From positions 1 to 16,053 of the forward strand of contig JAYWEM010000174.1 of assembly GCA_043779265.1 (NCBI GenBank): a stretch of DNA of 16,053 nt, written 5' to 3'. Of this stretch, positions 1 through 7,180 are shown piece by piece. The translations under genes were made by a program, and so were the position numbers. Each line of letters opens with the position of its first letter. Positions within the stretch are counted from its first letter, which is position 1. This DNA is from a bacterium. Lineage in GTDB: Bacteria > Eisenbacteria > RBG-16-71-46. The notes beneath the pieces were generated by a model that saw only the letters and a list, made by a program, of their open reading frames with translations, had not been told where the DNA came from and did no database searches.

Positions 1-1596
1 CTCCCGCCCGTGGAAGTCGGGCAGGAGCGGCCAGTCCTTCACCTCGTAGGCGCCCGAGAACGCGATCTGGGCCGAGAGGGCGTTATCCAACACCGGGTAG
101 GCCGACAGAAGCGAAGCCCCCTGGGTGACGAAGTCGCCATCCTTCGCCGCGTTGTAGTCATTCAGATAGTTGAGCGCCGAGCGGTAGGTCCCCGCCGCGA
201 CTCCGATGGCAACCGTCACATCGATGGATCCGCCGTCCGGGACGTTGAGCCAGGGCCCGACCGAAGCGAACGCCGAGAAGTCGCCGCGCTGATCACCCGG
301 AGGGGCGTTGATGAAGCCCGTCTTCGGGTCGATGTTCTCGATGCCCGCCATGAGTTCGAAGCGCTGCTGATCGATGGTCGGATTGCCGCCCTGCGTGTAG
401 GGCGTTCCGCCCACGTACGAACGGAACGCACGCCAACCCACCCTCGCCGGACCATTCTCCCCCATCGGATCGATCGAATGATCGATCAGCAGGAAGTGGG
501 CGATTCCGGGCGTCCGGTTGTCATCGCCATCGTCATCGGCAACCGAGAAGCCCTGGACTCGGATCGGATACCTCGGGCACAGCGCCGAATCGGCTGGGAC
601 ATCCAGTACGAGATTGCTCCGGTCGGTCGCCGGCTGCAGTCGAAGATCGGTGCCCGCCGTCTCGATCATGAAATCGCCCTGCGGATACGTGTTGAGATCG
701 AAGTCGTCGCTGAAATACGTGCCGATGTCCGTCGGACCGCAGTCCATATCGACTCGGAAACCCACGACCACGGAGTCGAGGACGTGCCCCGAGCGGTTGA
801 TCAACCGATGGTGGATGACATTGAAGTCCGTATAGCCCGGGATCGAATAGGCCCACGCGGTCTTGCGAGCCTCCATCCCGAGCGGGACGTGACGCTCGGC
901 GCCACCCGCGGCGATCGCCTGCTGCGTGTCGTCACGGAGCACCAGGGAGAACATCTGTTGTCCGATGGCCCCGAAGTCCTCGTCGATCAAGCCGTCGCCG
1001 TCGTTGTCCCGACCGTCGAGGAAGTCCTCATCCGCAACCGAGAATCCGAAGCGCGCGTCGTTGTCCCCATCCTCGTTGATGAATCGCGATCCGTTCACGA
1101 TACCGTCGTAGGCGCGGTAGATCCGATCCTCGGCATCCAACGTCGCCGGACGCCACTCCTGGATGTAGCTGACGCGACGGATGGCCGTTGGGTCCGTCGC
1201 AAGCGGATTGACCGCACCGACTGCGAGCCCGATGAAGTTCATGTACTCGACCGAGGAGGCGCCCGGCCACTGGCAGGACGGATCGCTCGAGACGTTCGTG
1301 AACGGGTTGCCATCGACACCGTTGTTCGTGACCTTCATCACCAGATTGCCGACGTTGAGCACCGCGCCGGGCCCGAAGATGTCCGGGATCGCGGCCGGCT
1401 GAGCCGGTCCACGCGGGGTCGTCGTCTCGCCGCCGACGATCCGACCACGACGGGCCATCTCCTGCTCGAAGGCCTTCAGGTCATGGTACTCGGGGTCACT
1501 CGGCTGGAGTCTGGCGTGCGCCGGAGCGAGCGATCCCGCCACGGCGACCGCGGCCAGCGTCGCCGCCAGGACCGAGCCCCTGATGCTCTTCCTCAT
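1..1596 (-). CDS. Large secreted acidic protein, partner of the TonB-dependent receptor; 3' end lies outside the window (>=532 aa)
   Basis: Not in the ORF track because it has no stop in the window. Hand translation from ATG at 1596 is open to base 1: MRKSIRGSVLAATLAAVAVAGSLAPAHA|RLQPSDPEY...LNVGNLVMKVTNNG...SCQWPGASSVEY...DGRDNDGDGLIDED...PLGMEARKTAWAYS...GFRVDMDCG...SVGPWLNVPDGGSIDVTVAIGVA. Sec signal with A-H-A site, purine-rich RBS (AGGAGAGGGGA) upstream, 32 nt after the receptor stop. Confidence 0.88.
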   Translation of the reverse strand, partial: MRKSIRGSVLAATLAAVAVAGSLAPAHARLQPSDPEYHDLKAFEQEMARRGRIVGGETTTPRGPAQPAAIPDIFGPGAVLNVGNLVMKVTNNGVDGNPFTNVSSDPSCQWPGASSVEYMNFIGLAVGAVNPLATDPTAIRRVSYIQEWRPATLDAEDRIYRAYDGIVNGSRFINEDGDNDARFGFSVADEDFLDGRDNDGDGLIDEDFGAIGQQMFSLVLRDDTQQAIAAGGAERHVPLGMEARKTAWAYSIPGYTDFNVIHHRLINRSGHVLDSVVVGFRVDMDCGPTDIGTYFSDDFDLNTYPQGDFMIETAGTDLRLQPATDRSNLVLDVPADSALCPRYPIRVQGFSVADDDGDDNRTPGIAHFLLIDHSIDPMGENGPARVGWRAFRSYVGGTPYTQGGNPTIDQQRFELMAGIENIDPKTGFINAPPGDQRGDFSAFASVGPWLNVPDGGSIDVTVAIGVAAGTYRSALNYLNDYNAAKDGDFVTQGASLLSAYPVLDNALSAQIAFSGAYEVKDWPLLPDFHGRE

Positions 1597-1628
1597 CGTC
1601 GTCCATCCCCTCTCCTCGCCGGCGCGCA

Positions 1629-4376
1629 TCAGAAGGACACACTCACGCCCATACGGACGTTGCGGCCCTCCTCGAAAACGCGAGGGTCACGCACCGGCAC
1701 CCAGTCGAGGATGTTGTCGCCATTGATGTCCTGCAGGTACGCGCCACCCGCGCGTCCCGTCTCCGTGTAGTAGATCAGGAAGTCATCGCCCGCGGCGTTC
1801 ACGAAGGGATTGGGGAAGGATCCGATCGAGATGCTCTGGATGTTCTTTGCATCGAGCACGTTCCGCGCGTCGGCGAACAACGTCACGTTCTGGCCCCAGA
1901 TCTTGTAGAACTTGTCGCCCGTGACCGTCAGTCGCGAGACCGAGGGTTGGCGACGGGAGTTCGTCAGGATCGGATCAGGCCGACGATCGTTGCGGAACGT
2001 CGGCGTGAACGGGAAGCCCGAGCCGTAGGTCCACAGCATGCGCATGCCCCACTTGCCCGGGTCGCGGATGGTGGACGAGAGGCTGACCGTGTGGCGCTGA
2101 TCCCAGTCGAGCGCCTGCTCGGCGATCGGCAGATAGAGTCGACCGCCGTTGAAGAACTGCAGCGCCTGATTCGGATTCGACGCGACGCCGGAGGCGATCG
2201 AGAACGTGTAGTTCACCTCAGCCGAGAACTTGTGGCTGAACGACTTCACGAGGCTGGCCTCGAAGCCACGAGCAGAGGCGTAGTCGCCGTTGAAGAACGA
2301 GTTCACGAGGTTGCCGAACTCGTCTCGCTCCTGGCGCACGGTGATCAGGCCGTAGATGTCCTTGAAGAACACCGAGAACTGGCCGGAGATGTCCTTGGTG
2401 AAGAGATGCTGCACGCCGGCCTGGTACGCGATGTTGGTCTCGGGCTCCAGATCCGGATTGCCGCGGACCGCCACCGTCGTGTTGATGCCGCGGTTCTCGA
2501 AGACGAACGAGCGCGCCGGCGTCTGGAACGTCCAGCCGTAGTGGAAGCTCAGGACGTCGCGATCCGAGACGGGATACGCGATCCCGAGGCGCGGGCTGAT
2601 CTGCGACTTGAGGCGCTTGCCGCTGCGCAGCTCCTCATCGGTGACCTGGTCGCCCGGCGTGAACGCGTCATAGCGCAGACCGGCGTTCAGCACGAGGCCC
2701 TCGAACTCCCAACGGTCCTGCAGATAGGCCGAACCCTCGGGATTGAAGTTGATGAAGTCCGAGCGAACGCCACCCGGCAGCCCATTCGACTCCGAGTTCG
2801 GAAGGCTGAGGTTCAGGTTCTGGAACCGGTTGTACTTGATGTCGACGCCCGTCTTCACCGTGTGCTGCTTCCAACGACGAGTCGAGAAGTCCGACTTGAG
2901 GTTGTAGACGTTGGTGGCACGACGGGTATAGGCCGGGAAATCGCCGTGGGTCGCGAAGTACGGGTTGTTCTCCGTACCCGGGATCGTGTTGCCGCTCCAG
3001 TAGAACGGGCTCTGGGTCTGGTACTCCCAGGGCTCCTTGCCACCCACCGCGTTGAGCGTGAAGAAACGCAGCGACGAGGCGCGCGTCGTCCACACCGACT
3101 TGTCGGAGAGCTGGTTCGTCCACACACCCGTGAACTGCTGGAAACGGTCATCACGGGTCGGGATGTGGTCCGGCATGTTGATCGCCTGGTACGTGCTGTC
3201 GAGCTTCAACTCGGACCACGCGCCGTAGCGGGGCGTCAGCCGATCGGGCTGACCGATGGCGCGCGAGGTGTCGTAGTTCACCTGAACGAAGCCCTCGCGG
3301 CTCCACATGTGATTGTAGGGCGTGTTGAGCGAGCGGTTGTTGATGGTCTCGAACGTGACCTTGTGCCGCGGGCTCAGCCGATAGGCGAACTTGAGGTTCG
3401 TGTTGATGTCATTGCTCTGGCGATTGCCGAGCTGGATGAAGTCGAGGACCGTGCGGCGCGGTCGCGTCAGCGACGAGCGCAGGTAGGTGTCCGAGAACGT
3501 GCCCTCGTACGTGCCGTAGTAGGTCAGATTCTTGACGGGCGTCGGACCGCCGACGCCGAAGGTGAATCGGTCGAACGAGTTGAACGTCTTGGTCGGGTCA
3601 CCGTAGCGATCCGTGTCCCAGCGCATCTCGCCCGAGAGCTTGTCGCCGCCCTCGCGCGTCGAAACCGAGACGACACCCGACAGCGCGTTGCCGTACTCGG
3701 CATCGAATCCGCCGGACAGAACGTCGGTGCCGGCGACGGCGAGTGTCGCGATCCCCGCGCTGCTGCCGAACCCGGGATCCGTCACCTCGATGCCGTCGAA
3801 CTGGAACTTGACCTCACCGCCTCGCCCACCGCGGAAGTGCAGCTCACCGCCCTGGGCCACGATGCCGGCCTTGGTCGCGACCGCCTGCGACAGGTTGTCG
3901 ACCGGGATCTCCCTGAGCTTGTCGCCTGAGATCGACTGCTTGGTCGAGGACGACTTGGTGTCGATGCGCTTCTCGGCGCGCACCTCGATGGTCTCGATCT
4001 CCTTCACGACCCTCGTCGCGCCGACGCTGAAGCTGACGACCGCGGTCTGCCCCGCATTGACCGTGACCTCCTGGGTCACGGGGTCGAACCCGATGGCCAT
4101 CAGGCGGATCTGCCACTTGCCCACCGGCACGCCATTGATGACGAAGTTGCCCTCGTCATCCGTCTGCGCACCTTGACGAGTGCCGAGCACGACGACGTTG
4201 GCATAGGGCACCGGCTCGCGGCCGCGCTCCAATGCACGTCCGGTGATCCGACCCACCTGACTCGGTGGCGCCGGTGGTGCCGCGGTTCTCTGTTGCGCCA
4301 GCGCGGGGAGCACCAGCGCCAGGGTCCCTGCCGCGACGATGACCGCCGCGATGAACGCTCTGGCCTGATCACGCAT
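1629..4376 (-). CDS. TonB-dependent outer-membrane receptor with N-terminal carboxypeptidase-regulatory-like domain (915 aa)
   Basis: Signal peptide ending ALA; N-terminal GRITGR..EPVPYANVVVLGT..GAQTDDEGNFVINGVPVG domain; TonB-box-like ETIEVRA; plug motifs LHFRGGR..DG and GGFDAEYGNALSGVV; barrel motifs LNAGLRYD, SPRLGIAY, GNPDLEPE; C-terminal GVSVSF. Start moved from 4409 to ATG 4376, which has GGAGAGG upstream. Confidence 0.93.
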   Translation of the reverse strand: MRDQARAFIAAVIVAAGTLALVLPALAQQRTAAPPAPPSQVGRITGRALERGREPVPYANVVVLGTRQGAQTDDEGNFVINGVPVGKWQIRLMAIGFDPVTQEVTVNAGQTAVVSFSVGATRVVKEIETIEVRAEKRIDTKSSSTKQSISGDKLREIPVDNLSQAVATKAGIVAQGGELHFRGGRGGEVKFQFDGIEVTDPGFGSSAGIATLAVAGTDVLSGGFDAEYGNALSGVVSVSTREGGDKLSGEMRWDTDRYGDPTKTFNSFDRFTFGVGGPTPVKNLTYYGTYEGTFSDTYLRSSLTRPRRTVLDFIQLGNRQSNDINTNLKFAYRLSPRHKVTFETINNRSLNTPYNHMWSREGFVQVNYDTSRAIGQPDRLTPRYGAWSELKLDSTYQAINMPDHIPTRDDRFQQFTGVWTNQLSDKSVWTTRASSLRFFTLNAVGGKEPWEYQTQSPFYWSGNTIPGTENNPYFATHGDFPAYTRRATNVYNLKSDFSTRRWKQHTVKTGVDIKYNRFQNLNLSLPNSESNGLPGGVRSDFINFNPEGSAYLQDRWEFEGLVLNAGLRYDAFTPGDQVTDEELRSGKRLKSQISPRLGIAYPVSDRDVLSFHYGWTFQTPARSFVFENRGINTTVAVRGNPDLEPETNIAYQAGVQHLFTKDISGQFSVFFKDIYGLITVRQERDEFGNLVNSFFNGDYASARGFEASLVKSFSHKFSAEVNYTFSIASGVASNPNQALQFFNGGRLYLPIAEQALDWDQRHTVSLSSTIRDPGKWGMRMLWTYGSGFPFTPTFRNDRRPDPILTNSRRQPSVSRLTVTGDKFYKIWGQNVTLFADARNVLDAKNIQSISIGSFPNPFVNAAGDDFLIYYTETGRAGGAYLQDINGDNILDWVPVRDPRVFEEGRNVRMGVSVSF

Positions 4377-4486
4377 GTGACTCGCCTCTCCGTGGTTGCG
4401 ATGCATCACGATGGAACCGGTCGTTCCCAGGAGTCGGCCGGGGAGCGGACGGAAGCACCGTGATGTGTCGTGGGAAATTCCGCGTC

Positions 4487-4515
4487 AAAATGCCAATGAC
4501 ACGCCCATGTGTCAA
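4487..4515 (-). promoter_or_regulatory. Candidate sigma70-type promoter for the TonB receptor operon
   Basis: Minus strand TTGACA (4515-4510), 17 nt, CATTTT (4492-4487) with TG at the extended -10 position; about 110 nt upstream of the start codon in a locally AT-richer patch. Confidence 0.55.
4497..4514. promoter_or_regulatory. Palindromic operator-like site TGACAC-N6-GTGTCA
   Basis: Perfect 6-bp arms at 4497-4502 and 4509-4514 overlapping the -35 box and spacer of the candidate promoter. Confidence 0.45.
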
Positions 4516-4698
4516 CAGCTTTCGCCTGTTCAAGCTCTTCGAGGGCACGCAGTTCCGGCACTCCACTCGAGGTTCCGGTGGACGCCACGAGGCGGCATCG
4601 GCGGCGAGGGCGGCACGTGCGGACAGAGAGTCGACGCAGAGAACAGGGGCGCCATGGGAAAACAGCTGCGAATCTGGCGCCGCTCGCCCGGTTCCCGG

Positions 4699-4728
4699 AC
4701 TATCGGCCGAGTGCCCGGGAGTCGTCAA
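4699..4728 (-). promoter_or_regulatory. Second candidate promoter embedded in the inverted repeat
   Basis: Minus strand TTGACG (4728-4723), 18 nt, GATAGT (4704-4699). Confidence 0.35.
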
Positions 4729-4754
4729 GTGAAATCTCCCGGGCACTCGGCCGA
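4703..4754. repeat. Perfect 19-bp inverted repeat with 14-nt loop (terminator-like, no U-tract)
   Basis: TCGGCCGAGTGCCCGGGAG (4703-4721) / CTCCCGGGCACTCGGCCGA (4736-4754), 23 nt downstream of the beta-barrel stop codon; no poly-T on either side. Confidence 0.85.
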
Positions 4755-4777
4755 ACCGATTGACGATGCGAGGCGGA

Positions 4778-6391
4778 TCAGAAGCGCCAGTGGAGCGAGA
4801 CGCTCAGGTTCTGGCGGGACTGCCGCTGCTGACTGGGGTCGCCGAAGTCGCTCTGGCGCAGTTGGAGCGCCCAACCCGCTTGAACGTCCCAGGCGGCTCC
4901 GGTCGGTGTCAGGCCGAGGCCCAGCGTCGGCCCGTGGCCCGTGTACTCGTTCTGCCGGGTACCGGTGTCCTCGTCGACGTCGGAGATCGCGTAACCGAGC
5001 CGTCCGGTCAGCACCTCGTTGCAGCGAAACTCCATGCCGCCGCGAAGATCCCACGCCTGCCGCTCGGGGCCCGTTCCATTGATCTGCTGGTAGCGGAGGT
5101 CTCGTCGCCAATGGAACTCGGCGCCCAAGCGCGTACGCGCACCCGTCCATCCGAGGCCACCCGCGAAGCCGAACGTCCGGTCGTTGATCTCGTTCGCCAC
5201 GACGCTGTCCGGAAGCGCCAGCGTATCGGCTCCCGCGACATTGCGAAGCGAGAGGATGAACGCGTTGAACGATGTGCGGTCAGCCGCGCCGGGGGGCGTC
5301 CGAGTCGCCTCGACGGCGCGCGTGAAGAAACTCCCACCCAGTTCGAAAGACCCGCTCCTCCACCGGATGCGCGAGTCGAGCGAACTGCCTCGCTCTTCAC
5401 GGTCGAGCAACTTGCCACGGCCCGTCAGCGCCAGCGCACCGACGCCGCCCGAGACCGTGAATCGCCAATCCTCGCTCGAGTTCGCCTTCCAGGCGCGCCC
5501 ATCGGTCGCATACTCGAGCGCCCCGAGTCGCCCGACCATGGACGCCTGGCCCACGAGGTACGGACGGCCCTCCACACGCTCGGTCGAGTGCCGCGTCCCG
5601 ACGTTCGAACCCTTGATATTCTGCGTCACGGCGTCGATGCCGAGCGCGGCCGTGTGACCGCCCGCCACCGGCATCGCGAACGAAGCGCCGAAACCGGTCG
5701 TGTTGACACGGTAGTCATCCGGCTCGAACAGGTCGGGCGGATTGGCCGCGTCGCCGTCGAGCGAGATGAACTGGCCGGCCGCATTCTGCTGGATCAGGCG
5801 GTACTGCTGCGCAGCCTGCTCACCCTCGAAGCGACCACGAAGGGCATAGCGCACCTTGCCGCCTCCCAGATACGGCAGTCGCCCCGAGAGGATCGGCATG
5901 ATCGCGGGCACGCCGATCTCGTCACGTCGTGCGAGGGCATCGGAGTAGGGACGGTCGAATCGCAGCGAGCGCAGCGCGCCCACGACTCCGAACACGCCGC
6001 CCGAGAGGCGATCCCGTCGGAAGCCCTCGAACTGGAGACGCAGACTGCGGGCAGCGAGATCCTGGCGGCGAATACCGTCGAATCGATCGTGTGCGCCGTC
6101 GGCCGCATCGGTGCCGGGGCGGAACGTCAGCGTCGAGACGGTGTCGTCATCGTAGATACCCGCGGGGCTGCCAGCGAAGTCCCAGAGCGAGAGCTCATCG
6201 TCGCGATCGCCGCCGATCAGGGCCAAGCGGCCCATTCCGAGGAGCCGGGCGCTGCGGACCGGCGAGCCGGTGCCGAGGTCGAGCGAGCGGATCGCGGGAT
6301 CGAAGAACTGGCTGTGGGCGGGCGGCGCCATCGCGGCAGCCAGCGCCGTCAGGACGATCGAACAGACGAGAACCTTGCGCGCAGAGCGCAT
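4778..6391 (-). CDS. Outer-membrane beta-barrel protein, FadL/OmpP1/PorV-PorQ-like (537 aa)
   Basis: ATG 6391 with GAAAGGAG 5 nt upstream; signal peptide ending AHS; N-terminal SARLLGMG followed by AGSPAGI (FadL/PorV-type 'ARxxGMG...NPA' hatch pattern); alternating amphipathic strands; C-terminal VSLHWRF. Confidence 0.72.
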   Translation of the reverse strand: MRSARKVLVCSIVLTALAAAMAPPAHSQFFDPAIRSLDLGTGSPVRSARLLGMGRLALIGGDRDDELSLWDFAGSPAGIYDDDTVSTLTFRPGTDAADGAHDRFDGIRRQDLAARSLRLQFEGFRRDRLSGGVFGVVGALRSLRFDRPYSDALARRDEIGVPAIMPILSGRLPYLGGGKVRYALRGRFEGEQAAQQYRLIQQNAAGQFISLDGDAANPPDLFEPDDYRVNTTGFGASFAMPVAGGHTAALGIDAVTQNIKGSNVGTRHSTERVEGRPYLVGQASMVGRLGALEYATDGRAWKANSSEDWRFTVSGGVGALALTGRGKLLDREERGSSLDSRIRWRSGSFELGGSFFTRAVEATRTPPGAADRTSFNAFILSLRNVAGADTLALPDSVVANEINDRTFGFAGGLGWTGARTRLGAEFHWRRDLRYQQINGTGPERQAWDLRGGMEFRCNEVLTGRLGYAISDVDEDTGTRQNEYTGHGPTLGLGLTPTGAAWDVQAGWALQLRQSDFGDPSQQRQSRQNLSVSLHWRF

Positions 6392-6518
6392 CGGTACTCC
6401 TTTCAAGACTTCAAAGGGCGAGATCCGGTCGCGGACACCGTGCGAAGCCTGGGCACAGGGCTGCCGCCACGTGAGGATGGGGCGCACGGTCAACGAGCTG
6501 CGCGAACACGAGGCGCGG

Positions 6519-6548
6519 ATACTAGGGAGGCGCGGCGCGAGGTGTCAA
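6519..6548 (-). promoter_or_regulatory. Candidate sigma70-type promoter for the beta-barrel gene
   Basis: Minus strand TTGACA (6548-6543), 18 nt, TAGTAT (6524-6519), immediately after the mpg stop. Confidence 0.65.
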
Positions 6549-6555
6549 CGCCGGA

Positions 6556-7173
6556 CTAGCGCTTCTTGCCCGACACCGACGGATGGCCCTCGAGCCAGAA
6601 CCGCCAGGATCGATCGAGCCCGGCGCGGATCCCGATCCTCGGCCCGCTCAGCGTCGCCCTTCCCCCCCGCTCGGCGCGTGCCGCGAGCACAGCCACCGGG
6701 CCGCTCGAGAGGTCCAGCCCGTCGTGCTCGCGCGTCAGACCGAGGGCGGCCGTCAGACAGCCGGGCCCGCGTGCCAGGGACTCCCGATGTTCGATCCCGC
6801 GCCGCGATCGCATGAGGTCGATCCCCTCGACCGGCTCGAGCGCCCGGAGCAGCACCGCCGCCGCGACGCCCCCTCGCTCACACACGAGGTTCAGGCAGTG
6901 ATGCATGCCGTAGGTGAAGTACACGTAGGTGAAGCCCGCGGGGCCGAACATCACCTCGGTCCGGGGCGTCCTCCCCCGATAAGCATGGCTCGCCGGGTCG
7001 AGCGAGCCTCGATACGCCTCGGTCTCGACGATCCGGCCGGCCACGCGCTGTCCGGACGCGCCATCATGGACGAGCAGCCGACCGAGCAGCGCGCGCGCCA
7101 CGAGGTCGGCGCGCCTCGCGAAGAAACGGCGCGGCAGTCTCGCTTCCCGAGACGGCACGCTAGGCGCGGGCAC
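6556..7173 (-). CDS. mpg: DNA-3-methyladenine glycosylase, MPG/AAG family (205 aa)
   Basis: Motifs GRIVETEAY, DPASHA, MFGPAG..YVYFTYGMHHCLN, AVLLRALEP, GPGxL..ALG, PRIGI, WRF. GTG start 7 nt after the mutase stop; exact start uncertain. Confidence 0.93.
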   Translation of the reverse strand: MPAPSVPSREARLPRRFFARRADLVARALLGRLLVHDGASGQRVAGRIVETEAYRGSLDPASHAYRGRTPRTEVMFGPAGFTYVYFTYGMHHCLNLVCERGGVAAAVLLRALEPVEGIDLMRSRRGIEHRESLARGPGCLTAALGLTREHDGLDLSSGPVAVLAARAERGGRATLSGPRIGIRAGLDRSWRFWLEGHPSVSGKKR

Positions 7174-7180
7174 GCGCCGC

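Noticed and set aside
1..4376. Horizontal transfer of the receptor/partner pair, suggested by visibly lower GC
   Set aside because: Asn/Phe/Tyr/Ile/Asp-rich envelope proteins lower GC by composition. No integrase, IS, tRNA or flanking direct repeats are seen.
4479..4495. Sigma54 promoter at TGGCATTTTGACGC (minus strand)
   Set aside because: GG to GC spacing is 9 nt instead of the required 10.
4377..4777. Cobalamin or TPP riboswitch, or Fur box, upstream of the TonB receptor
   Set aside because: No B12 box, TPP core (CUGAGA...CCUGAU) or GATAATGATAATCATTATC-like sequence seen by eye. An Rfam scan would be decisive.
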